Source: Heterodontus francisci (taxonomy: Eukaryota). From it: a DNA stretch of 64,000 nt. Below, piece after piece: positions 12,521-24,625 of this stretch; position 1 is the first letter of the stretch; each line of letters begins with the position of its first letter. The notes beneath the pieces are model-generated. The model saw only the letters and a program-made list of their open reading frames with translations, was not told the DNA's origin and made no database searches. The position numbers and the translations under genes are program-made. The stretch lies in NCBI RefSeq assembly GCF_036365525.1, contig NC_090384.1, positions 17,132,264 through 17,196,263 of the forward strand, written 5' to 3'.

Positions 12521-13921
12521 GTCAAGCCAATGTGGGCAAATATTTATTGGCTCAGATTTAGTGGTGAGCAGTGAAGTGACGGTGCTCACCGCTGGCATTG
12601 AAGAAAGCTGCCAACAAGGATTTAGTGATCTCTGTGATGTGGATTTCCCCTTCCCTGACATCAGTTTCCAGGGCTGGAGATGTTTTTTAGTAGTAATTAT
12701 GAAGTTAGTAAGCTGATAAAAATCCAATTGCATCATTGAACAAGCTGAAACATTTATAAAATCTTACACAGTAAGATTGTCATAAAAGGACAAGTTCTTG
12801 TCAGTTCAGTGATTTCCATTCGATTGCAGTCTGAGAGATTTCAACAGCAGACCTTATGGGGAAACAACTGACAGATTTGACATCTAAATGTGCATGTGAC
12901 AACTCCAGAAGTTTCCATCAGTTGTGGAGGAGTAATGACAGTAAGTGCTGACAGCTTCCTACCCCAAAAGCTAAGCTGTTTTATCGCTTGTTCATTATCT
13001 TATCTAAATGTACTGCTGAATATTTGTTAAATTCGTTGTGTGATTGCAGTTGGCGTTCACTAACAGTGGAAGTGAACATTGCAATGTATATGTGTAAATC
13101 ATACAAATACGCTCCATGATCTTTCAGTGGCAAATATCAGCTAACAAGTTGTAAGATCTTATCAATAAAAAAGAGCCAAGGAGCTCATCAAGTCTCTCCA
13201 TGTGTTAATATTGCTTGTTACTCCATCAGTATTTGGTGTTCTCTATGAAACATTAATGCCCACTTATTTTCCCTTTTACCTATGAGTGTTGACCATTGGC
13301 ATTCCACTGGCTATGTTGGATTTGGAGAAGGAAGGTGAATTTCTGTGGGGAGAAGAGTGGCAGGAACACTGGCACAGCAGGTACTGGCACTCACCCACCT
13401 GGGTCATTGGAACCAAGGAGAAAGAATTCATTATGTTAGAAGGGACCTACATTGACCAGGCAGCCACTGAATTATACTATGTCCTGGTGTGTGAACTTTA
13501 CACAATGGAACACGGTGATATCTTCGCCTGTTGCTCTTAATAACTTCACTACCCTGAACTTTTAAATCACTTGATCCTTTCAAGACAATACTGGTGACAT
13601 TTTTCAATTCAGTCAATCATACATGTTGTGTTGTGGAATATTTAGGGATTGGGGGTCAACTCCTTTCTGCTTAGTATTAAACTAGTAGATATACTTCCAA
13701 GTATGTGATTAATTGTAAACCCATAGTTGCTACAGTCAATATGTTGCTACCGGTGAGGTTACATTTCGTGTAGTTGTGGACAATACAAATTACTACCATC
13801 AGTTTAGAGGGAAAAGAGCAGATGAAATAACATCAGACAGAACAGTTTTTGAATTTCTTGCTGAAAATTGTTGCCAGATAAATTGGAACATTTTGTTGAT
13901 GAGGTCTGGTTAAGTTCATAC

Positions 13922-13945
13922 CTGTTGTTGAAATTGTTGTTGGCT
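13922..13945 (-). CDS. Thr/Ser-rich micro-exon, 24 nt, (E)PTTISTT
   Basis: cctttacag|AGCCAACAACAATTTCAACAACAG|gtatga. Confidence 0.7.
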
Positions 13946-14721
13946 CTGTAAAGGATACAGTAAATGAGGTAAGTGTTGCAAATAGAATATTATCTCATCA
14001 TCATAGAATGCAGAATAGCTGTTATCATGTCATGAAAAAAACAGATTTCATGCTTTGAATCTCTACCTGAAGCTGCATTTTGAACATATCAGCTGAAGGT
14101 GATTTAAATGCAGTGTCTGTTAATCTCTTCCATATGTCCATTAATCAGTGAAAAAATGTTTTTCTCATTTTGAGCCTTGCTCGTGGTTGGAGAACTGTGA
14201 CCACTTGCTGCCCAATGATTGTCCAATGAAATGAGTTCAGTTACTTCACTCATTTGTACCAGTTACTAAATGAAAAAGCTTCAGAATACCTGGATTCAGT
14301 ATTTTACTTGCAGCAAAAATATATTTAGTAACTTGACCCTTTCTTGGGAAGAATCGTCCTTCAGAATATGTGACTTGGAATCACCTTGGTCACTTTGTAT
14401 CGTCAGTATGATGACAGTGGAAATTGATATACCTTGTCATTTCATTTCCGAAGTTGAACTCCAGTACCAAGTTTAAAGTATTGGGAACAGGGAGACACTG
14501 ATCAATTATGATTGTGAGTTTCTTTCAGACTAAAACAGCTACTGATCATGTCAAACTGGTGAACTAGATTGTTTAGTCATGCTTATTTCCAGGTAGTTTA
14601 CTGTGATTCAATCACATAAAACAAAAGAATGATTTTGCAAATCAAAAGAGACATTTTGTTGAAAGTTTCTCCACAGTGATAGTCGAGATATTGTAATTGG
14701 CTCCGTTTGCTGATAACACAA

Positions 14722-14735
14722 CCACTAGGTGGCGC
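14722..14735 (+). promoter_or_regulatory. CTCF core motif
   Basis: CCACTAGGTGGCGC matches the CCASYAGRKGGCRS consensus. Confidence 0.55.
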
Positions 14736-15594
14736 AGTACTCACAATGCACAAATGCAGCCTTTTCCATTGAATCGTCACTGTCTGTGACGTCTGAGGCA
14801 GCTGCCAGGATTAAAGATGGCACTTCTCAATTTATCACAAAAAATTCAACTGGGACAATCCCCTCAATGGCTGCCCTCGCCGCCTCCATCCCACCCCCAA
14901 CAGTCCCCTGCTCCCTCCTGCCGTTACACTTCTCTTTGTTGCTCCTTTCTGCGCCCATCTTCTCACCACTCGGCCCCCCGCTGCCTTCCTTTAGACACTC
15001 GCTCTAGACTCGCCACTCCTTCCGCCCCCAGCTGCTTGTTCCCCAATTCCCCCTCCCCATTCTCCAGCCACTCACTCCCCACTTGCACCCCCACCCTCCC
15101 CACCCAGCCACTCATTCCGGGCCGCGCCGCTTCCCTGCTCTCGGCCTCTCGTTCCCATGTTCGATTGTTCTCAGTCCCACAACCCACAAAATCAATATCC
15201 AGATTCGTGCATGGAAAATAGATGAAGACTTGCGGAAGATACGTCCATGTGTATAATTAACTTTTGACAGTGAATGCAAACTTATACTGATCCTCCTCAG
15301 CAAGGGTCTGCTTCAAAAACTATTAAATTGGGTTTAGAATGTTAAGTATAATAAACTGACCTGTTTCTTGTTTAAACTCAGGAAAACCTGTCCAATTGGT
15401 TCTTTCATGATGACAGTAAAGGTGAAAGGTAAAACACTCTCAGAGGTGGGAATCCCGACCACTGTTTAAAAAAGGAATAAACCCTGTTGCGGTTAAATAA
15501 GAGGAAGGGCAAGAGGGCAAACATGGAAGTTCCCTTTATCGATTACACAATTTTTACTGAAAGTATTGTCAAAACTCCACTGCTAATTTCATAG

Positions 15595-15624
15595 CTGTTG
15601 TTGAAATTATAGTTGTTTTCAATC
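15595..15624 (-). pseudogene. decayed micro-exon (donor GT>CT), (G)LKTTIISTT; copy at 47839..47868
   Basis: ttttacag|GATTGAAAACAACTATAATTTCAACAACAG|ctatga. Confidence 0.55.
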
Positions 15625-16047
15625 CTGTAAAATTGTGGAATGTACAAAACCATCCCATCATGTTTGAAACAGTGTACCATGGCCGGAATTTTTCGCTTAC
15701 CGGTGGCCCCGGGGTCGATGCGTCTGAAGCGGATCAGGCCCCCGATCCCGCTCCACGTCGCCCGGCTGCTGGCATCACGCACTGACCGTCTAATCAGCGG
15801 GCCCGCGGCGTAACTCCGAAAAGAAATGGTGCGCGCAGGCGGGAACTTCAGCATCATTGGGTGCGGGCCACATACGCGGAAGGCTGATTGTCAGCCCTAC
15901 ATAAAGGATTACTGTTTTTAAATGGAGCAATGAATGACCAATTTGATGTAAAGGAAGATACAACTGTCATAAAGTCTGGAGATTTCAAAGGCTCCATATC
16001 TTGAAACACAGAAAGACTGGGAGACAATAATATTGCTGTTAGAGGTG

Positions 16048-17848
16048 ATGGAGGGCAGAAGTAATTGCGTTGCCCCCCGATTCTCTGACGATTCACTGCA
16101 GGTCCTCCTCCAGGCCATTGAGGAGAGGAGAGACATTCTATTCAGCTCAGATGGGAGAAGGAGACCCTCCGAAGTGACCAACAGAGCCTGGCTGGAGGTT
16201 GCAGAGGAGGTCAGCAGCCGAGGCTTACTGAGGTGTACATGGATGCAGTGCCGCAAGCGCAATGACCTGCTTCGCTCTGCCTGGGTAAGGGGAATTCCTC
16301 ATTCATCTAATCGGTTATGTGTCAAGGGAGGTTTCTTGTGTACCCATGATGCAATGTGGAAGCCCTGTATGATCAATGTTTAGCTGCTTTGAAATGGGAC
16401 GCATGATGGGCAAGTCTGAGATGAACGCTGATGCTGTGGTGTTAAAGTTGCGCCCAACACTGTCACAGCAGTGAAATGCAACACCAACCCTTTGGGTGAC
16501 AGTGTCATATGCCATTGACTATGTATAAAATAAGTACCTTTGTTTATTCAGGAAAAGAGGGCACACAATGCCCAGGAGAGGTCACGTACTGGTGGCAGCG
16601 TAGCCACCCAGGCATTCCTCACTAGGATGGAGGAGGATGCCTTAATTATAGCAGGGGAGGAAGGAGGACGCGTCGTGGCAGATGGCGAGGCCGGTGTACC
16701 TGGCCATGAGAGTGAGTGTTCCAGAATGTGGTGTAACACTTCATTATGGGGAGGGATGGTGAGGCTGTGCTACTGTGCCAATGATTTGGTGAATGTCAAA
16801 AGCACTGAATGTTGCCCTCAATTGTAACATCACCCAGATGTAACCATGCTGGAGGCACAAACTTGTGCTTAACTCTGGATTGATGATGAAACTGATCACA
16901 ATGCTTTTCCCAACAGGTGAAACCCAGCTTGTGTCAGGAAGTGTTATCGTTGCCCGACCAGCCACCTCTGAGGTGGAGGAGGGCGCCTCAGAGGATGCAC
17001 CGTCACATCATCGCGACGCACCAAGTACCACAGCAGATACTGACACTTCAGTTGGGATGACAGTGTCTGGGGAATCAATGTCACATACTGGTGTGAGCAC
17101 AGCACAATTGCCCAGCCAGACACCAGAGGCAGAATCGGCCGATGCCTCACACACTCGGAGGAGAGTGGGATGCCAGGCCAGTGCAGAGCCGCAAGCTGAT
17201 GACGTGCCTCTGAGATCATCAATTCGTCGGGCGATGTTGCAGGTGCAGAATGTGATCCATGGAAATCTGGCGGAGTTGCCTGAAACGCTGTGTGCTATGA
17301 CTCATACTCTGGAGATATCCATCCAGAGTATGAGTTCAGCAAACTCTCAGGCGTTTGAATATCTGGCTTCCTCCGTTGATAGACTGGCGGCTGCAGTGGA
17401 GGGACCAGTTCTTCATGCAATTCGGGACCTCAAAGTGAGTGTGGCCTCCCTGGACCAGAGCATCAGAGAGCATAATCTGATGCGATTGCGCCCGCTTGAG
17501 AACACTCAGCGCTCTGATGCCACCATTGAGCACTACCAGAGCCTCACGAGGGCACAGGGGCAGCAGATCGCATATGGGAGCTCCTCTCACGGCGCCTCTG
17601 ATGCATCCTGCATCTCCTTGCTCCCTGCACCAGGGACATGTGAACCGCTAAATCCCGGGGTGATAGAGGGTGCTCATGATATTTGTCATGATGCTGGGCC
17701 CTCATGGCCACGAGCATGCAGAGGACGTCCCCCCATGTCATCAAAACCAGGGCGGCAACAAGATCAGCCACCTGCCTCTGGTAAGTCTGGTGGTGAGGGA
17801 TCATGCACACGAATGAGCATGCGTAAACGGATTAAGAAAACACTTTAA
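16048..17848 (+). CDS. Harbinger Myb/SANT-like DNA-binding protein; 3 exons (16048-16284, 16552-16711, 16917-17848), 442 aa, open
   Basis: APRFSDDSLQVLL..RRDILF..AWLEVAEEVS..WMQCRKR-NDL is a Myb_DNA-bind_5/trihelix-like motif; GT-AG introns with phases 0 and 1 join in frame. Confidence 0.85.
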
Positions 17849-18242
17849 TTTAACTACTGGTGCACTGGGTGACTTGAAGTACATTTATTTGATTTGTAAA
17901 ACAATAGCGTTTGATTAAAATGGAGATTTTACCATTGGACATGTCATTCCTGAAGTCTGATATTACATAGTTAATCAACTCAAGGTGTCTCAATAATGAG
18001 GCCACACACTTGGGTTGCGTCCCTCATGATGTGATGGATTGGTTCATCGCATTGTCTCACCCCCTAAAGGTTAGAGATTTTGCACTGTCAGATCCTCACA
18101 ATGATTAATGTCATAAAGCAGTTTGAAACGTGTGAAGATTTATATCGTTTCAACTGAAATGCATTCCTTTTCGAGAATCCCCAGTTTCTCTCGCACTTCG
18201 AACCAAATTACATTCAGCTTCCTCTCCATGATCATCATTAGA

Positions 18243-19371
18243 CTAATGCCCATCTTCCTCATCAGAAACGTCGTCATCATCTGATGACACATCGTGCTGA
18301 CATTGATCATCCTCCAGGGCATCTCCATGTTCAATGGCCAGGTAATGCAAGGCACAGCAGACGACAATGATTCCGGAAACCCTTGACGGTGCGTACTGCA
18401 GTGATCCACCAGTGCGGTAAAGACACCTAAATCTCATCTTTAGGAAGCCTATAGTGTGCTCGATTGTCAATCTGGTGGCCGCATGGCTCCCATTGTATCG
18501 TTCCTCCGCCTCACCCCTTGGGTTCCTCACTGGTGTCATGAGCCATGTCTTCAGAGGATAACCCCTGTCGCCAAGTACCCATCCCTCCATTCTGTGTGGA
18601 AGACTGAAAATTGCAGGCACCTGTGAGTTGTGGAGAATGAAAGAATCATGACAACTACCAGGGTAATGTGCACACACCTGCATGATTCACCTCTGATGAT
18701 CACAGATGAGCTGAATGTTCATTGAATGGAATCCCTTGCGGTTCATGAATGCCCCCGACTGTGCAGCTGGTGCTCTAAGGGCCACTTGAGTACAGTCTAT
18801 CACACCCTGTACCATTGGGAAGCCAGATATAATGCTGAAGCCTCTGGCTCTCTCAGCCTGACTGGTGTTGTCCGTCTTGAACGTGATGAAATGGTCAGCA
18901 TGTTGAAACAATGCATCAGTCACAACCTTTATGCAATGGTGCGCTGCTGATTGTGAGACACCGCACAAGTCTGCAGCTGAGGCTTGGAAGGAGCCAGACA
19001 CATAGAAGTTAAGAGCTGCTGTGACCTTTAGAGCGACTGGCATTGGATGGCCAACGAGACAGTTTGATGCAACATCCACTGCGAGCATCTCACAAAGAGA
19101 TGGTGCAGTCTCCCGTGACAGCCGCAGCCGTCTTCTGCACTGGCGTTCTGACAGCTGCAGGTAGTTCAGACGCATTCGGTATGCCCTTACTACTGGGTAG
19201 GCACATCTCCTGACAATTGGTTGCTCCCGGGCGACTCTGAGAACTACTCTCCCTCCAAGAGCACGAGGATGCAGCTTGCTGTACGTTCCCCTGACCATTT
19301 GTACTTCTGTCACTCATTGAATCACTGTCCTCCTCATCTGATGATCCACTTCCAGAGTGAACATTTCCCAT
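18243..19371 (-). pseudogene. Harbinger (HARBI1-like DDE) transposase with premature TGA at 18687-18689
   Basis: [35 protein letters not shown] motifs; CGA>TGA relative to unit 2; acidic N-terminus in another frame. Confidence 0.9.
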
Positions 19372-20059
19372 TGTTGAACAGCAGAACAAATGCTTTGACC
19401 ACAGGTAATAGCTTCCATCTTTTGTGACTGGCTCACTTCAGGTACTTCCTTCAGGCAATAACTAATATTACGTGGGTCCCTATCAGCAGTGCATAACATT
19501 CAGATTAAACCTTCTGCACAACCTGCAAGTTACAACCCTTTTTAGGGCACACAAATAATATCAGCATTCATAAATTTCAATAAATTCATTTTTACCTCCA
19601 AATCACTCATAACTCAATGCCTGCTGCTCTTTTGAACCTGCCGGGTTCCCGACATGCCCCACGACCCGATTATCGGCCGTAAAATCAGATACATAGCGTA
19701 AAATCTCTGTCAATTGGATTCTGAATTTCCTTCAGTACTTCTCAATTGATGTTAGTCGGGCGGCGAGCACAAACTCGATCGCGGCCGACTTCCCACGCTG
19801 GTTAAATTGCGTCAGCGCGTAATGACGCCGGGGACCCAGCCCGACATCATCGCACGCCAATTTTCCCTCCGCATGACCCCGACGGGACCCGATTCGGAAC
19901 AGTAAAATTCCGGCCAATTTGTCAAGAAATCAAACATGCACTTCATTACATTCTGCAGGACATGAGCTGAGACAGAGGAATAGTTGAGTGACGTTATCGA
20001 GGTGGAGGGAAAATGTCTTGGTGATGGAGGACAAGTGGACGTAGTTACATTATTGGAAA

Positions 20060-20950
20060 AAATTCCGAGGGACAGTATAAACCATCACTTAGAAAGACAC
20101 AGATTAGAAAAGGAGAGTCAGTGTGGATTCATTAAGGGAAGATGGCAGCTGATAAATTGATTGAATTATTTGTGGAGGTAACAAGGATGGTCGAAGAGAG
20201 AGTCGTGTTTGATACAGTCTGCATAGACTTGAGGAAGGTTTTTGACAAGGTTTCATGTTGCAGATTGAGCAGGAAAGTAAGAGCCCAAAGGATCTAAGCA
20301 CAAGTGGCAAGTTGGATCCAAAACTGGCTCAGTGACCGGAAGCAAAGTGTAATGGTAGATAGTTGTTTTTGTGACCTGTTTGCAGTGGTTTTCCACAGCG
20401 CTCAGTACAAGGTCCCTCAATTTCCAGAATTTATAGCAATGATTCAGACTTAAATGTAAGGGACATGATTGAGTTTGCAGATGATACAGAAATTGATTGT
20501 GTGGTTGCTAATGAGAAGAAAGCTGTGGAATGTAAAAAGACAACAACGGACTGGTCAGGGTGTCTTCAACCATTACTTCTGCTGAACGATACATCATAAT
20601 TTGAAATGAATGCTGAATATGAGAAACATAGAATGGTTGCAGCACTGAAAGTGACCATTCAGCCCATTGAGCCTTTCCCAGCTCTCTGAAAGAGCAATAT
20701 CGCTTGTCCCACTCCCCTGCCCTTTCCCTATAGTCGTGCAATTCATTTTCCTTTCAACTGCTTATCCAATTTCCTTTTGAAGTCCATGATTGAATGTGGA
20801 CCACCCTTTCAGGCAGTGCATCACTTCGAGCTTCTGTACGTTAATTTTCATCTGCCACGTATCTGCCCATTCCACCCGACTATGTCTCTTGAGGTCTATC
20901 ACTCTCCTCGCTGTTCACTTTAAAGATTCTGTGTCATCTGCAGGTTTTGA
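20060..20950. mobile_element. highly decayed CR1-type LINE fragments (+ then -); copy about 52302..53192
   Basis: ttttgacaaggtttcatg, tggatccaaaactggctcagtg and tttgcagatgatac resemble 30600..30900; then an inverted 3' tail. Confidence 0.7.
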
Positions 20951-21496
20951 AATTATATCCTGTACACCCAAGTCTGAGTTGTAAATATATATCTATTATA
21001 TATATCTATTATATATATTGTATATATTGAGATGAGTAAAGTCCAATGTATGCGAAAGGTCTTCCAAACACTTGGAAATCACCTGTGAAATAGTATAATT
21101 AGACTGTGGAAACAATTGTTGGGAGCACAAACCGTTCACAAAAACTAACCAGCAACGATGCAATTTCACAATTTAAAGACTTTCAAGCCAGTCAGTTTCA
21201 TTGAACAGTAGCTCCTCTCTGTGTTCTCGCCTGTTGACCCTGGTGAATTTCACACAGCTCAGGAAAGACATGTGCTGGCTGGTAATGCCAGAATCTTAAA
21301 TTAAATCCACAACCTGACCTCCAGCATTTTTCAGGGCCTTAACCCTATCCCCCACCTGCACCCAAACCCATTGTTCTCCGCCATTCCCGACAGTTAATAT
21401 TCTGCCACTATCTCAATCAATTAAACTTCTCCATACTTAGAATTTTGGTTACCAGTTTATTGGGAGTTTTTGTTGAAAATATATTGTTTATTGTAC

Positions 21497-21525
21497 AGCT
21501 GTTGAAGTTGCAGTTGATGTTGTTG
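21497..21525 (-). pseudogene. decayed micro-exon (29 nt, frame-breaking), paralogue of 25..54
   Basis: flanking intron homologous to 55..120; one base lost at the donor end. Confidence 0.5.
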
Positions 21526-21687
21526 CTGGAAAGAACCCAGTTAATGTTGTGAATATGCAGTCTGGAAAATCATCCCATTATCCTTTAATGCAGAATATCA
21601 GTTGTCACGTTATCAAACATGCAGGTTTCATTCATTGCACACATTTTTACTGAAATTATTGTTACAACAGCACAGCTTTTTTCATAC

Positions 21688-21717
21688 CTGTTGCTGAAGT
21701 TGCAGTTGTTGTCGATG
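21688..21717 (-). CDS. Thr/Ser-rich micro-exon, 30 nt, (A)STTTATSAT
   Basis: cattccag|CATCGACAACAACTGCAACTTCAGCAACAG|gtatga; paralogue of 215..244. Confidence 0.72.
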
Positions 21718-22509
21718 CTGGAATGGATAAAATTCATGATATGAGTGTGGAGTGTATAAAATCATCGCATCTTTTTTAAAAGCAGTATACCAGTTGTTAA
21801 GTGATGAACTATGCGTATCCCATAACCCGCCGTCCTATTTAGAAGGGATTACTAATTTCTGTCCCCATTCTTCCACCAGAAATGCAATCACATGAAAATT
21901 ATGGAGCCCAATGTTAACTGGATATTAATTGTATTATATTGTGAGCAGGTGGTGGGCATTAATTGGGGTTTCCCTTGATCATATATAAAGACATATTGAA
22001 TGTAGTTTGTGTGTGATTGAGTTAGGAGGTATATGCTTGTAATGTTTAACTTTGTAAATAAATGTAAGACAGAATATAGATTGGATCCAGTATTATCCTT
22101 GATCAACTGGCTTTCAAAACAATAATATGGTAGCAGAGGATGGCTGCATAAAGGTTAAAACTACAATCATAATAGTCACTGTGATAAATGGCAGAAAGCA
22201 AGTGTAAATTGTTGAGGTGTGATTACACTCCGATGTTCTCGGAGTCTGAACCATATGGCCAGCGGAAGAATGAAGTAGATATGTGGACACGGGATACGTC
22301 CCGACAAAGTGGAAACAAGGTATGGCCTTGGCATTGTTGCTTCCTGCCAGATGTAAAAACAGAAATAAAGTATTTTGTGTAATGAATGCCCATTAGTTCA
22401 AAATGAATGAAGGTTTAGATCTTCAACTGGAGTTCTTGGATGTCATTTACAAGAAAGATGATCTATTAAAGGCATGTTCAGACTTTGATAGATTTAGGAA
22501 AATGGATGG

Positions 22510-24625
22510 TGTCATGCAAGCCCCCACCTACCAAGTATGAGACACATTAATTTCACCACATGGACATTAAATTTCAAATTGCTGCTGGGAAGACGAGAAG
22601 GGCAGTGACAAGGGGTTTCCAGGCCCCTGGCTGGAGAGACATTTTTGAATATTAACAGACAGTGCTTGTCGACAAAGGAGCGATTCCCTGCTCTAATTCA
22701 ATCCACAAACAGACGTGGTCAGACCAGTTAGTCACATGACTAACTGGCTGTTGCAGAGTTTGAACTGAGTCTGCGGAAAGCATAATTCTCCTGGACTGAA
22801 GCAGACCTCCTCTCCTGTCTGCCTGCTCCCATCTTTTTCTCACAAGCCTTTGAACCCCACGAGAAAAAAGACTCCTATCGTGAACAAGTTATAAGAAGAA
22901 TACTGGGCCCCAATGAATAGCGACATCTACCTACAATTGAGGACTCTATAGTGAGCTCGAAGACATGTAACAAAAGATATTACCTCAAACTATTCCACTT
23001 TATTTTTCTTCTGCGCTTTTCTGTCCATATCTGCATGTGTGTTTCGCGTATGCATGCGAGCGTGGACCCAGAGCGGGTACTGGAGCAAAAATACAACTGG
23101 AAGAAAGGAAACTTGATTGATAAGAAAGAGAAAGAGAGAGACAGGAGAGGGACAAAGAGAGAGCCTTCCAGAAGGAACGTGAAGAAAATGAAAGGCCGGA
23201 GAGAGAGAGAGAGAAAGAAGATTCCAGAAATAATGCGAAGAAAGAGAGTTGAAGCGGCTTGAGTTATCGAGGGGGCAAGATAGTAACCCCAGTGAAAGCA
23301 TGGCCAAAATGAAGGAGCGTAATTCAGGGCTGGGTACAGAATTGTTAAAACTAGCTCATCTAATCCAAAAATTCAATGAGGAAGATGTGCAGGCAATTAC
23401 TGCATACTTTGAGAAACTGGTAAGGCAACGAAAATGGCCAGCTGAGGCCTGGTCTCTTTTACTACAAAGCAAGCAACCTGGAAAAGCCCATGAGGTCTAT
23501 TCCCTGTTGCCAGATGAGACTTCATCAAATTATGAACTGAACAAAAATGCTATCATCAAGGCATATGAAGTAGCACCTGCAGCCTATTGCCAAAAGAACC
23601 CTCAAGCAGCAAGTGAATCAAAGTTATCTGGAGTTTGAAAGAAGTAAGTAGTTGGCTTTTGACCAGTGGCTGAGGGCTCTTAAAGTACAGCTCCGCTATG
23701 GGAATCTCAAGGAAGTTGTTCTGTTAAAGGATATTAAAAACTCTCTCCCACTCTCCATAAAGACCCATGTAGAGGAGCAGCATGTTCAGAGAGCCCAGCA
23801 AGTGGCCGTTCTGGCCGATGAGTTTTCTTTAATTTATAAGTCGGTTTCTCAGGGGAGAACCTTTCTCAGTCACACCCACAAATCAGAAAAGGACAAAGAG
23901 CAAGAAGGTGATAGAAGTCCTGGGAGAAAACAGAAAGCAGGAGACACAGGGCACGCTCTAAAAAGGAAGGTGCTGTGAGCAAGAGTGAGACCTGGAAACC
24001 CATCTGCTTCCATTGTAACAAAGCAGGGCATTTAAAATCTGAATGCTGGAAACTGAAGGGAAAAGTGGTTGGATTGATCAGGGCACACCTACTCGGTGAA
24101 GACGGGACCCTGATGGAAAACACAGCCGAACAAGCTATGGCTTTAACTGTAGTAAGAGTGAGACCCAGGAAGATTACTAGTGCAATTGCAGGAAAAATTA
24201 TGAGGATTCCTGAAGGTTCTCAGGGTTTTGTGTTTGAAGGGAACGTAACCCAATGCCCCTCGAGTGGGGCAAACAAGACCTTGGTAATTCTCAGGGACAC
24301 AGGGGCCACGAGATCTGTTTAACTTGGAAAAGGCCTCACCCTTTCCCCGGAGAGTGCAGTGAACACCAAAATGGTGGTGAATGGTATTGGAGGAATGTAT
24401 ATGCCTGAACCTATCCACCGGGTGCACCTGCAGTATGACCTAGTTTCGAGACCGGTGAACATAGTGATTGTGCCTGGTTTGCCTGTGGATGGGGCTGACC
24501 TGCTCCTAGGTAATGATCTGGCGACCGTGAAATTGGCAGCCCCCACAGTAGTGAAAGAAAGACCGCAGGAAGCCAGACACCTCCAGTTTCCCTGAATGTG
24601 TAGTGGATCAGGCCATGATCAAACT
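22510..24625 (+). mobile_element. Gypsy LTR retrotransposon 5' part (putative LTR, gag with CCHC knuckle, aspartic protease), frameshifted and 3'-truncated
   Basis: FEKL..WPAEAWSLLLQSK..GKAHEVY gag; CFHCNKAGHLKSEC; LRDTGAT; DLLLGNDLA. Confidence 0.88.

Larger units (their letters stand above)
15681..19915. mobile_element. full-length Harbinger/PIF DNA transposon with two convergent genes
   Basis: TIR GGCCGGAATTTT / AAAATTCCGGCC; CpG-rich subterminal regions; Myb/SANT gene on + and DDE transposase on -; 3-bp flanks cat/aat are an imperfect match. Confidence 0.93.
21150..21890. repeat. older diverged duplicate of the two-micro-exon cassette (homologous to about 31825..32650)
   Basis: tttcaagccagtcagtttcattgaacagtagctcc vs tttcaagcctgtcagtttcattgaacaatagctcc; shared intron atcaaacatgcaggtttc; 21031-21120 also matches 29350-29440. 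Confidence 0.85.

Noticed and set aside
13280-13342. 63-nt AG/GT-flanked minus-strand segment
   Set aside because: Has a stop in phase 1 and is incompatible with the neighbouring exon phases.
20985-21030. AT-rich quasi-palindrome
   Set aside because: Ordinary degenerate (TA)n microsatellite.
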